A model generated the notes under the pieces. That model had not been told where the DNA came from. It did no database searches and saw only the letters and a list, made by a program, of their open reading frames with translations. Made by a program: the position numbers and the translations under genes. Positions 18,559-27,707 of a DNA stretch of 64,000 nt are shown one piece after another. How positions within the stretch are numbered: position 1 is the stretch's first letter; the number at the start of each line of letters is the position of its first letter. The stretch comes from Candidatus Lutacidiplasmatales archaeon (GTDB taxonomy: Archaea; Thermoplasmatota; Thermoplasmata; Lutacidiplasmatales; UBA184): positions 4,411 through 68,410 of the forward strand of contig JBIOKR010000002.1 in NCBI GenBank assembly GCA_044451945.1. Direction: 5' to 3'.

Positions 18559-19998
18559 ATGAGAGAAGGAAGAATTCGAAAGATCGTCGCGATTCGGCGG
18601 GCCCGCCTTCGGCGGGATGCGCTGGCCGTGTCGCCGGTGGTCGCCACGTTGATCTTGATCCTCGTGGCGGTCGCGGCGGCGGCCGCGCTGTACCTGTGGC
18701 TCGTGGCATGGCAAGGGAACGTGACGAACGGAGTCGGAACCCCGGGCGCCCAGACGACCCTCTACATCGGCGGTAGCTCGTCGGTGTACCCCTGGTCGCA
18801 GAAGGCCGTGGCGTGGTTCGAACAGAACCAGTCGGATGTCGCGATCAGCCTGAACCAGGGCGGAAGCGGCGCCGGTATGGCCGCGGTCTGCTCGGGCCAG
18901 GTTGACATCGGCGCGTCCTCTTCGCCCCAGACGTTCAGCGCCTTGACGGCGCAATACGGTTGCCCGCAGACGGTCGTCCAAGAGACGGTCGCCTACGACG
19001 CGGTCGACGCGATTGTCCCGTCAGGTAACGTCCACGGACTCGTCAGCATCAGCTGGGACACGATGCAGGCCGTCTACGTCGCCGGCGTCGGGGGAGCCCC
19101 CGTCCCGGTCCAGGCACAGACCAACCTTCAGTCCTCGTCCACCTACGCGATGGACGGATCGGCGATCACCGGCTTCGCGGGCTACGCCGCCCCGGCCGCG
19201 AGCGGGTTCGCGTGGGACCAGATCCCCGCGTGCTCGATCCCCACCGTGGCCACTACGTGCGTTGGCACGACCAATGAAGCCGTGAACGCGGGCGGAATCG
19301 CTGCGGGCGTCACCGCCGCATGCGGTGGAACGTACGCCGGTCCGGCCCTCTGCTACACGGTCGCGGGTTCGCCCTGCGGGTTTGTAGTCTGCGCGGGCGG
19401 AACCGGTGCCGGTACCGCCGCGGGCCAGAACGGAGCGACGATCCACGCCTGGCAGCGCCAGGACTCGGGCGGAACGACCCAGTCGTTCACCGCGCGGCTC
19501 CTCGGCGTGGGCACGTCCTCGGCCGCCTCGACCGCCTCGGTCGGGTTCGGCGGATGCGCCCCCACTGGCCAGCTCACGGACTGCGGGATCGCCGGCTCCC
19601 ACCAGGGATTCGGTAACCCCGGCGTGATCTCCGGCGTCTCCGGAGACAAGGACGGTCTGGGCTACGCGTCGGACGGCCTCGTGGTCGCGTCCGGCTCGGG
19701 CGTGGTCGCGGTGGCCTTCCAAGGAATTGGACAGGCGAGCCCGGTCTTCCCGACGGTCGCATCGACCATCGTCGCGGGCATCGTTGCGGGCAACGGCGGA
19801 ACGTACGGGGCCAACACCTACATCGGCTGGCGCCCGTTCATCTACGTCGAGGAGAAGGCCCCGACGGGTGAGGCGCTCCGGTATCTGCAGTACGTCATGC
19901 AGCCGGGCACCAACCAGGACATCGCCCTGGCCTCGAACGAGCTCAGCCCCTTCCAGCCGGGTCTGGCGGGCCACGTGCCGGTGACACCGATTCCGTAA
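18559..19998 (+). CDS. PstS-like phosphate-binding periplasmic-domain protein with an N-terminal archaeal type IV pilin-like (class III signal) segment
   Basis: N-terminus RRDALAVSPVVATLILILVAVAAAAALYLWL resembles pilin_N (AVSPVIGVIL..). It is followed by YIGGSSSVYPWSQKAVAWFEQNQSDVAISLNQGGSGAGMAAVCSGQVDIGASS, which is the PstS signature. A purine-rich 'aaggaggaagg' lies upstream. Confidence 0.65.
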   Translation: MREGRIRKIVAIRRARLRRDALAVSPVVATLILILVAVAAAAALYLWLVAWQGNVTNGVGTPGAQTTLYIGGSSSVYPWSQKAVAWFEQNQSDVAISLNQGGSGAGMAAVCSGQVDIGASSSPQTFSALTAQYGCPQTVVQETVAYDAVDAIVPSGNVHGLVSISWDTMQAVYVAGVGGAPVPVQAQTNLQSSSTYAMDGSAITGFAGYAAPAASGFAWDQIPACSIPTVATTCVGTTNEAVNAGGIAAGVTAACGGTYAGPALCYTVAGSPCGFVVCAGGTGAGTAAGQNGATIHAWQRQDSGGTTQSFTARLLGVGTSSAASTASVGFGGCAPTGQLTDCGIAGSHQGFGNPGVISGVSGDKDGLGYASDGLVVASGSGVVAVAFQGIGQASPVFPTVASTIVAGIVAGNGGTYGANTYIGWRPFIYVEEKAPTGEALRYLQYVMQPGTNQDIALASNELSPFQPGLAGHVPVTPIP

Positions 19999-20139
19999 GG
20001 GCATCGAAGTCGCCCCGCGATAACCCCTTCATTTCCTCCGGGGGAGACCCCCCGGGGGATTCGATTTGTACACGACCGACCTTGCTCTCGAGGCCTCCTT
20101 CTCGGGACAAATCATGTTGACCAACGTCTACATATACTC

Positions 20140-20526
20140 ATGTCGATATGCGTGGACATGGCTACGTCGATCAGGGGTGGGAGGGTGCTCGACGAGCGCC
20201 TGGCCCGGCTCGGCGGAGAAGACGAGCTCTGCTGTGTGCCGGAGTATCGGGGTCTCGCCAGGGCCGTCCGGGAGTCGGAAGGATTCCCCGCGAGCCTGAA
20301 ACGGGCCAAGGCGCTCGCGGACGAGCACCGCCTTCTCGCGGTCGCACTTCTCAAGCGCCGCAAGGAGCTGTGCGCCTGCGAGATTCAGGCCGCTACCGGT
20401 CTCAGCCACGCCACCGTGAGCCACCACATGCGTGTCCTCGTCGATGCGGGCCTCGTAGAGGAACGCCGGCAAGGGAAGTGGATGTACTATCGACTGGCCG
20501 AGGGAGCCAGGGAGAACTTACCATGA
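20140..20526 (+). CDS. arsR: ArsR/SmtB-family metalloregulator
   Basis: ELCACEIQAATGLSHATVSHHMRVLVDAGLV carries the wHTH and metal-binding Cys. The start may instead be 20158. Overlaps arsM by ATGA. Confidence 0.8.
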   Translation: MSICVDMATSIRGGRVLDERLARLGGEDELCCVPEYRGLARAVRESEGFPASLKRAKALADEHRLLAVALLKRRKELCACEIQAATGLSHATVSHHMRVLVDAGLVEERRQGKWMYYRLAEGARENLP

Positions 20527-21317
20527 CGAAGAAGCAGGGAAATCTGGGCATCAACGAGGAGAGGCACGGCGCGGTCCGAGAGCGATACGGCGGCATCGCC
20601 GAAACTGGTGGATGTTGCGGCACCGGCTCCCCGGGCAGCTGCTGCGGGGACGCATCGGTCTCTTCCGAGCTCGGCTATAGCGCGAAGGAGCTCGAGAGCC
20701 TCCCGGAAGGTGCCAACCTGGGCCTGGGCTGCGGCAATCCGACGGCGCTCCTCGCCCTGAAGCCGGGGGAGGTCGTCCTCGACCTCGGGAGCGGCGCGGG
20801 GATCGACTGCTTCCTCGCGGCGAAGAGGGTCGGCGCCAAAGGCCGCGTCATCGGGGTCGACATGACGCCCGAGATGCTCTCGAAGACGCGGGAGAACGCC
20901 CGCAAGGGCGGATACAGGAACGTCGAGTTCCGGCTCGGGGAGATCGAGCACCTGCCGGTCGCCGACGGGTCCGTCGACGTCGTGATATCGAACTGCGTCA
21001 TCAATCTCGCCCCCGAGAAGGGTCCCGTCTACCGGGAGGCGTACCGGGTCCTCCGCGAGGGGGGGCGGTTCGCCGTCTCGGACGTCGTCGCGACTCGGCC
21101 GATCCGGGCCGCCGACCGGGCGAACCCCGCGCTCTGGAGCGCGTGCTCCTCGGGAGCGCTCGAGGTCAAGAAGGTAAAGTCGCTCCTTCGCGAGGCAGGT
21201 TTCGACAAGGTCGAGATCGAGCTCGCCCGGGGCACCGACACCCCGAGCTCCCTCAAGGACCAGGCATCGCTGGGGGTCGTGTCCGCCAGCATTCGCGCCA
21301 CCAAGACCGGGGGGTGA
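20523..21317 (+). CDS. arsM: Arsenite S-adenosylmethionine methyltransferase
   Basis: Cys-rich N-terminus (GGCCGTGSPGSCCGD) and SAM motif VLDLGSGAGID; C-terminal Cys present. Confidence 0.8.
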   Translation: MTKKQGNLGINEERHGAVRERYGGIAETGGCCGTGSPGSCCGDASVSSELGYSAKELESLPEGANLGLGCGNPTALLALKPGEVVLDLGSGAGIDCFLAAKRVGAKGRVIGVDMTPEMLSKTRENARKGGYRNVEFRLGEIEHLPVADGSVDVVISNCVINLAPEKGPVYREAYRVLREGGRFAVSDVVATRPIRAADRANPALWSACSSGALEVKKVKSLLREAGFDKVEIELARGTDTPSSLKDQASLGVVSASIRATKTGG

Positions 21318-21325
21318 GGCGGAAG

Positions 21326-21775
21326 ATGACTCGCACGGTCCTGTTCATTTGCGTCGAGAACGCCGGCCGCTCCCTCATGGCGGAGGCGATGTTCAACGCC
21401 CACCCTCCCGCCGGCTGGCACGCCATCTCGGCGGGGACCCAGCCGGCCTACGCACCGAACCCGAGGACGGCCACGATGCTCCAGGAGATCGGGCTCGAGA
21501 TCCCGGCCCATCCGCCGACCTTGCTCACCAACGATATGATGACCGAGGCAGGGGCCCGGATCACGATGGGCTGCCTCGACAGCGAAAGCTGCCCGGCGAG
21601 GCTCAAGACCCTCGAGGTGACGGACTGGGCGCTTCCCGACCCCGCGAAACTGGACGACGCCGGCTTCCGGGCGGTCCGGGACGACCTCGCCCGGCGGGTC
21701 GAGGGGCTCTCCCGGGATCTCGCCCTGCGCGACCGGATGCGGCCGCAGTTCGGTAGAAGGGAAACTCCGAGTTGA
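21326..21775 (+). CDS. arsC: Arsenate reductase, LMW protein-tyrosine-phosphatase family
   Basis: VLFICVENAGRS is the CX5R P-loop of LMW-PTP-type ArsC. Confidence 0.75.
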   Translation: MTRTVLFICVENAGRSLMAEAMFNAHPPAGWHAISAGTQPAYAPNPRTATMLQEIGLEIPAHPPTLLTNDMMTEAGARITMGCLDSESCPARLKTLEVTDWALPDPAKLDDAGFRAVRDDLARRVEGLSRDLALRDRMRPQFGRRETPS

Positions 21776-22425
21776 CGCGCCCGCTCCTCGAGCGCTGCGC
21801 CGCTGAGGCGGCCGGAACGTTCCTCCTCGTCGGGATAGGGACCGGAGCGATCGTCGCCGCGGCCAACGCCGGGGGCGTGTCCCAGTGGGTGATGGCCATC
21901 GCGTGGTTCGGGGCGGTCGCGCTCCCCGTCCTGGCGTTTGCGTTCGTGAGCGGCTCCCACATCAACCCGGCGGTCACCCTGAGCCTCGTCGCCGCGCGCC
22001 GATTTCCCCCGAGGGAGGCCCTGCCGTACGTCGGGGCGCAGCTCGTCGGTGCCTTTGCGGGCAGCGCCGTAATTTGGCTCGTCCTCGGGAACGCGGCCCA
22101 CCTGGGGGCCACCCTGCCGAGGAACGGGAACCTGCTCGCGACCTTCGCCCTCGAGTTCGCCTTCACCGCCCTGCTCATACTGACCGTGATGTTTCTCAGC
22201 ACCCCCGGAAAGATCCCCTCGCGATGGGAGCTGCTGCTCCCGGCGGGCGCTGTCGGGCTCTCCACATGGCTCATCGGACCCTGGACCGGCAGTTCCCTCA
22301 ATCCGGCGAGGACCGTCGCCCCGGCGGTGCTCTCGGGGGACTACGCCGGGATCTGGGTCTACTTCCTCGCCGTACCTCTGGCGGCGCTCGCCGTCGCCGT
22401 CACGTTCCGCAAGGCGGCGCCGTAG
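21772..22425 (+). CDS. MIP-family aquaglyceroporin (putative arsenite channel, AqpS-like)
   Basis: Two NPA boxes (HINPAV, SLNPAR) and 6 TM helices. TTG start overlaps the arsC stop (TTGA). Confidence 0.8.
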   Translation: MTRPLLERCAAEAAGTFLLVGIGTGAIVAAANAGGVSQWVMAIAWFGAVALPVLAFAFVSGSHINPAVTLSLVAARRFPPREALPYVGAQLVGAFAGSAVIWLVLGNAAHLGATLPRNGNLLATFALEFAFTALLILTVMFLSTPGKIPSRWELLLPAGAVGLSTWLIGPWTGSSLNPARTVAPAVLSGDYAGIWVYFLAVPLAALAVAVTFRKAAP

Positions 22426-22648
22426 CGCACGCGCTCGCCACCTCCGACCGCCGGGGGCCCGTCCCTTCGGGCTGCTTCCCCTGGAACCGGTGCGGACGAG
22501 CACCGCCCCCTTCCGCCGGGGTCCTAGCGTGGGCCCCGCCGCGTTGACGATAGGCCAGCTCTCGGCGAGCGCTGGCTGAAATCGGGTTACCGTCCGGGCC
22601 GGGCCCAACGCTACCTCGAGGTCGACGAGGACGGCCCACCGGCGGGGG

Positions 22649-23356
22649 CTAGTTCACCGCGAGGTTGGGTTTCTCGCCGAAGCCGGTCGCGCTCGGACGT
22701 CCGCTTCCGTTCAGGGAGAACCCTCTCAGGATCAACCATCCGGCGAGCGCCATCTCTTGGACCGCGATGGGCACGGCCAGAGCGTACTGGAAGCTGCCGA
22801 ACAGCCCCGTCAACCCCGCCCCGAACACGAGAACCGCGCCCGCCATCCCCCAGCCCGAGAGCCAGAGGGGAACGAGCCGGCTTCGGAAGAGGAGGTAGTA
22901 GAACAGCACAGCCCCGACCCCGAAGATGAGGGGGTCCGCGACGAACGCCCAGGTCCCGATTCCCTGCAACACGACCCCCGAGGTCGAGTACGATGGATCG
23001 GGTGGGGATCCCGCACCGACGTAGGCCTGACTCAGCGTGACCAGAAGGAGGGTTCCAACGGCACCTACGACCAGGATGACGGCTTCCACGACCCGGACGC
23101 CCAGGTACCCGGCGGCGATCCCTTCGTCATATCGGCGGAGGATGGGGAACAGGAAGGCGGCGATGAGGACAACGGCGAGCGCCGCTGTCAGTTGAAGCAG
23201 GGCGCCGGCCTTGACCTGGTCGGCATGGGCCGCCGCCTGGGTCAGGTAGTTCGAGGAGGTGCTCGGGGCGGTCAGCGAGGTCGCCGCCAGCGATGCGACC
23301 GTCGCGAGGACGAAGAGCCCTCCGACCACGATGGCGGTCTTCCGTGCGGCGTCCAT
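22649..23356 (-). CDS. Hypothetical polytopic membrane protein
   Basis: 235 aa with about 6 hydrophobic helices and no recognisable catalytic motif. Confidence 0.45.
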   Translation of the reverse strand: MDAARKTAIVVGGLFVLATVASLAATSLTAPSTSSNYLTQAAAHADQVKAGALLQLTAALAVVLIAAFLFPILRRYDEGIAAGYLGVRVVEAVILVVGAVGTLLLVTLSQAYVGAGSPPDPSYSTSGVVLQGIGTWAFVADPLIFGVGAVLFYYLLFRSRLVPLWLSGWGMAGAVLVFGAGLTGLFGSFQYALAVPIAVQEMALAGWLILRGFSLNGSGRPSATGFGEKPNLAVN

Positions 23357-23389
23357 GGCGACCTCGACGAGGGATCCCTCGTATCGCGT

Positions 23390-23671
23390 CTACGGGCGCT
23401 GGGCCCAGCCCTTGGCGTAGCTCGGGCCCCACCACATCCAGACCGCGCCCATCGTGCCTCCCAGGACGAGTGCCGAGACGAGGACGATGACCCCGCTCTG
23501 AAACAGCGTGAAGCCGGTGGCCCAGAACGCCACATACAGAAGCGAGAAGCTCAGCCACGCGATCGGAAGAACGATCGAGAACAGGACCCGTCGCCGGAAC
23601 CCTTGAAACCTCTCCCCCCACTCCCAGTCCGCATCGGCGCGCGCTCCGTGTGCGACTCCCGCTTCGGCCAT
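23390..23671 (-). CDS. Small membrane protein (hypothetical)
   Basis: Start taken at MAEAGV. Two to three TM helices (VLFSIVLPIAWLSFSLLYVAFW...). Confidence 0.3.
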   Translation of the reverse strand: MAEAGVAHGARADADWEWGERFQGFRRRVLFSIVLPIAWLSFSLLYVAFWATGFTLFQSGVIVLVSALVLGGTMGAVWMWWGPSYAKGWAQRP

Positions 23672-24047
23672 CGAAACCACCGAGATGGGATGTGAGGTCC
23701 CGCGGATAGGGCTCCCGTCGGTTCGAGTTGACCGACCGACGGTGGGGCACCGGAATGGCAAGGTGAGTGCATGCCGGACTGTGCAGGGAAGAACGGTCGA
23801 ATCCTGATACGGGCGTTTCCCCTGAGCGCTACGAGTCGCTGTCGGTCGGGGTTCGGCAATCCGCGCTTCCCGAGGGATATCCGCCCGAAGCCGCGGAGAC
23901 CGGCGGTTTGCGCCGGGGAATCCCCTCCCACCAGTTCATGCGGGCCGCGGAGGTGAGACCGAGGGAAACACCGGCATCTCGCCCTGTTTCGCCCCCTCTC
24001 TGTTCTCCCTTAAGCCGCGAATCCGGCATCGATGCCTCGACCTACCG

Positions 24048-24935
24048 ATGCTCGATCCTTCTCGCTGGGACGACGGGGCGATCCCGCTCGCTCCGCCGCT
24101 TCCCTCCCCGGAGCTCCTCGAGGAGCCTGACCTATCGGCACCGTCGCCGCCCCCGGAGGAGCTCGCCCGGATTGTCCGCAAGCGGCCGGGGGCGCGCCGA
24201 CGCAACCCGGCGACGCGCATCCTTCCCAGCGAACCGGCGCTCTTCGGCTGGCTCGCCGACCGTTTTTCCCCCGGGGAGGCGACCCTGTGGGCCGGCTCTT
24301 CCGCCGCGATCGAGCCGATGCTCGAGATGCTCTACGCCGGTTGCGCGCTCGCGGACGGGAGGGTCTCGCTGCTCGAGGGAGCGAACCGGTTCCATCCATA
24401 CCGCATCGGCGAGCGGGGCCGCAATCTCGGCGTCGCTCCCGAGGAGGTCCTCGAAAGGGTGCGGCTCGCCCGCGCGTTCACCGCCTACCAGCTGGTGGCG
24501 CTGGTCGACGCCTGGTCGAAGGAGGCCAAACGGAACCGGCCGACGCTGCTCGTCGCCCACGACCTTCCGGCGCTGTTCTTCACCGAGGAGGTCCCCGAGG
24601 CGGAGCGCGCTCCGCTCCTCACCTACGTTGCCGAGCGACTCTCGGAGGTCGTGAGCGAGACCGGTCTTCCGCTCCTCCTGACGCTCTCCGGCCCGCTCTC
24701 GCGCTTTCCCGGGCTCACGGAGAAGGGCCCGAGGTTCTTCGACTGGGTCCGGTTCCTGCCGGCCGGTGAGACCGGGATGAACGTCGAGGCGTTCCGCGAC
24801 GCTTCCCGACTGCGCTTGGTCACCCGGAGCGATGGGCAGCGCGGACTCGAGGAGTTCGCTTCCCAGGAGAATCAGGAGGTGATCATGTGGGGCGTACCGT
24901 CCCGACGTACCGCCAGGCGCTCGAGGAGCGGATGA
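24048..24935 (+). CDS. Hypothetical protein, possibly a RecA-superfamily (KaiC/RadB-like) homolog lacking a P-loop
   Basis: TLWAGSSAAIEPMLEMLYAGCALADGRVSLLE...TLLVAHDLPALFF resembles a RecA core with a degenerate Walker A. Confidence 0.35.
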   Translation: MLDPSRWDDGAIPLAPPLPSPELLEEPDLSAPSPPPEELARIVRKRPGARRRNPATRILPSEPALFGWLADRFSPGEATLWAGSSAAIEPMLEMLYAGCALADGRVSLLEGANRFHPYRIGERGRNLGVAPEEVLERVRLARAFTAYQLVALVDAWSKEAKRNRPTLLVAHDLPALFFTEEVPEAERAPLLTYVAERLSEVVSETGLPLLLTLSGPLSRFPGLTEKGPRFFDWVRFLPAGETGMNVEAFRDASRLRLVTRSDGQRGLEEFASQENQEVIMWGVPSRRTARRSRSG

Positions 24936-25227
24936 AACGGTGGGAGGCGTTCGGCCGGCTCCTCACGACGCCCGAGGAGAAGGAGGCGTTCGCGACGCTC
25001 GTCCAAGGCGCCCGACGCTACGTGGCCCAGGCGACGTACGTGGGGAGCCCGGACCTCCTCGAATCGATCCTCCTCTCCGTCCTCCTGGACATGGCCCGAC
25101 GGTTGCCGGCCGAGAGCCGGAGCGCCGCATGAGCCGCACGGGGGCCCCCGAGGGGACCGTCGCGCCGCGTCAAGCCGGCTTGACGCTCAGTTCATGAGAG
25201 GCCCGACCGCACCCGTGCGGTAGGAGC

Positions 25228-26331
25228 GTGGCCGAAGTGGGGCTGGTCGGAGGGTGGGCAGAGCGGATCCGGGTGCTGTGGACCCGGGACCCGAAGGGGA
25301 TGTCGATCGATCTATTGCGCGTCGGGATGGGGGTGGTGTGGGCGCTCAACCTGATCTTCATCCTCACCCCGAGCAACCAGTACTTCCCGATGTTCCAGTC
25401 GATGGCGAGCGGCTACGACCAGACCACGTTCGGCGGTCCGGGGTTCGCTGACTTCGTCGCCTCGTACCCTGTCTTCTTCGCGTGGGCGATCGCGATCGTC
25501 ACGGGCTATCTCGCGATCGCGTTCCTCGCCGGGTTCACGACCCGGCTCGCGTGCGTGCTGGGAGCGCTCGCGTCGATCGCATTCCTCCTGACGCAGTTCT
25601 ACACGACCTTCGCGCTCGACGGGAGCGGCACCGACGTCGGAGCCCACCCGCTCTACCTGCTCGTCTACGCAATCATGTTCACCGGCGGCGCCGGGCAGTA
25701 CTTCGCGATCGACCACTGGGTGTGGACGAGCGGAAACGCGCGGGTCCCCCGGATCTCCCGGTGGATCGCCGCGCCGCGCGACCTCCCATGCAACGCGAAT
25801 TGTCCGGCCGCAGGGATGCACGAGTCGCCGCGCGCGGCCGCGCCCGAGCCCGCTCGCCCCGTGCCGACCGTCTCCTCCGCCCCCCGGTCGAAGGGCCACT
25901 GGGTGCTCCCGATGGTCTCGGTGGTCGCGGCCCTCGGCCTGGCCTCCGCCGGCATCTTGGCGATGCACGCACCGACCGCCGCGCCGGGAGCCACCGACAT
26001 CTTCGTCCAGGACATCCAGATGACCATCGACTACGCCGGGAACGCGAGCCAAGGGGGGTTCGGCCCCTCGGTGCAGGACGGATGTTGGGCGTGCGCCACC
26101 CACCTGTCGCCCGGCACGACGCTCATCGCGATGGAGATGCTCACCGACAACCACAGCAGCCTTCCGATCACCGTGACCTCGATGGCGGTCGCCTCGCCGT
26201 TCGTGCTCTCGTCGGGTCCGCACTTCCCGAAGACCGTGCCCGCCGGTGCGATGTGGATGTTCGACATCTACCTCCAGGTCCCGACGACGCCGGGCCAGTA
26301 CACCGTCGACCTCGCCTTCACCACCGCGTAG
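25228..26331 (+). CDS. Membrane protein (DoxX-like N-terminal TM domain) with C-terminal extracellular Cys-containing domain
   Basis: Four N-terminal TM helices, a Pro/Ala linker, one more TM helix, then a soluble domain. Confidence 0.5.
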   Translation: MAEVGLVGGWAERIRVLWTRDPKGMSIDLLRVGMGVVWALNLIFILTPSNQYFPMFQSMASGYDQTTFGGPGFADFVASYPVFFAWAIAIVTGYLAIAFLAGFTTRLACVLGALASIAFLLTQFYTTFALDGSGTDVGAHPLYLLVYAIMFTGGAGQYFAIDHWVWTSGNARVPRISRWIAAPRDLPCNANCPAAGMHESPRAAAPEPARPVPTVSSAPRSKGHWVLPMVSVVAALGLASAGILAMHAPTAAPGATDIFVQDIQMTIDYAGNASQGGFGPSVQDGCWACATHLSPGTTLIAMEMLTDNHSSLPITVTSMAVASPFVLSSGPHFPKTVPAGAMWMFDIYLQVPTTPGQYTVDLAFTTA

Positions 26332-26972
26332 CGGGACCGCGCCGGGCCGATCGGTCAACTGCGGTTGAGCGGGGTGCGGCCGCGGGGAAACGCCTGCGGG
26401 GCCGACTCCTCCTGGCACGAGGGGGCCCGCGCAGTGCCGCGTGCCGTCGGGGAGGGCGAGGAGGGGAGGTGACGAGATTCGTGATCTCCGAGTCGGCCGC
26501 GCGGACCCGGGGGGGCTCGCGACCGCGTGGAGCGCGAGGAGCCGAGCCTCGATGCGTGGGAGAGTCCTGTCAGGGCCGAGAGGGTCGTGGCGGCACTGCA
26601 GATGATTCCCGGTGTTGCGCCGGGGTCGACCTCCGTTCGCAGGGAGGTCTGGATTATCGGAGACGAACCTCCTCCGGGGCGGGCGCCCTCCCGGCCGTCC
26701 GAGCACCGGACCGCTGCCTCCCGCTCGGACCGGCACCCTGAGGAACCCCGAATCCCGCCCCGGCAGCATCGAGTCGGGGCGGGCGAACAGCCGGTCGGCA
26801 GTCAGGCGGTGTTCATCGCCGCGATTTTCGACGCGACAGCGCGACGATCGGGATCCCACCGGAGTCTCCACCGTACCGGTGCGGTGGTCGAGCGCGATTG
26901 ACTTCCAGCTTATCCACTGAGTCCCTCCTGCCCGACTCAAGGGGTCCAAGCGGCCCCGAATTGGAGGAGAAC

Positions 26973-27707
26973 ATGGCTTTCACGCCGTTCGTGGACGACT
27001 TGGGCTTCATCGTCGCGCTGATCTTGGCCGCCGCCGGAGTGTTCACCTGGGTCTCGGTCCGGGCGTTCCTCGCGATCTTCCGGAACGACCCGAAGGCGTT
27101 GCGCGGGATCCTCAAGACATCGGCGGTCCCGGTGGGCACCATTGGGGTCACCAGCCTTCTCATGGGGCTCTACACCGAATTCACCTGGCCGTTCCTGCTC
27201 TCGGACGGACTGGGCTCGTATGACATCTTCTTCGGCGACGTCCTGATGATCTTCGCGATGGTGATGATCGTCTACTCGGTCGTCGCCTTCTTCGGCCTCA
27301 AGCTCGAGTACGCCGGCCTCTTCGCCCTCATCGGCGGGACGACCACCGCCTGGTACGGCTACTGGGGGTACACGACCCTCGTCAAGCCCGGCGTCCTCGG
27401 GCTGACGAAGGACCCTCTCGAGACCTTCCTCCTCTACCTCGCCTTCGCGGCCGCGGGCTTCTTCGCGCTCCCGGCCAGCCTCGCGGTCGACTGGTACCTC
27501 GAGCACCCCGGGCCGACCTGGACACCGTTCAGGTTCGCGCTCCGTCCGGTGGCGGAGATGACGGCGCCGGTCGAGGGGAGGTTCAAGCTTCCCATTTCGT
27601 TCTACCTGGCGACCGTCTGGTTCCCCCTCTTCGCCTTCTTGGCGTTCGTCGCAGCGTGGTTCTACATGGGGTCGATCCTTCCGGGTCACCTCACCAGCCC
27701 GCCCTGA
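26973..27707 (+). CDS. Multi-pass membrane protein (DUF981-like), paralog 2
   Basis: ATG 26973 inside ORF 26898..27707. Shares motifs with 8377..9153 (…LPGHLT at the C-terminus). Confidence 0.65.
   Translation: MAFTPFVDDLGFIVALILAAAGVFTWVSVRAFLAIFRNDPKALRGILKTSAVPVGTIGVTSLLMGLYTEFTWPFLLSDGLGSYDIFFGDVLMIFAMVMIVYSVVAFFGLKLEYAGLFALIGGTTTAWYGYWGYTTLVKPGVLGLTKDPLETFLLYLAFAAAGFFALPASLAVDWYLEHPGPTWTPFRFALRPVAEMTAPVEGRFKLPISFYLATVWFPLFAFLAFVAAWFYMGSILPGHLTSPP

Noticed and set aside
19021-20004. 327-aa minus ORF
   Set aside because: Antisense to the PstS-like gene.
21448-22608. 386-aa minus ORF
   Set aside because: Antisense to arsC and the aquaporin.
24887-25132. 81-aa ORF overlapping the end of 24048..24935 by 49 nt
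   Set aside because: Single possible ATG, large same-strand overlap, no motif. Not reported as a feature.
25312-26949. 545-aa minus ORF and 25482..26741 plus ORF
   Set aside because: Overlap the DoxX-like membrane protein in other frames; Arg/Gly/Pro-rich.
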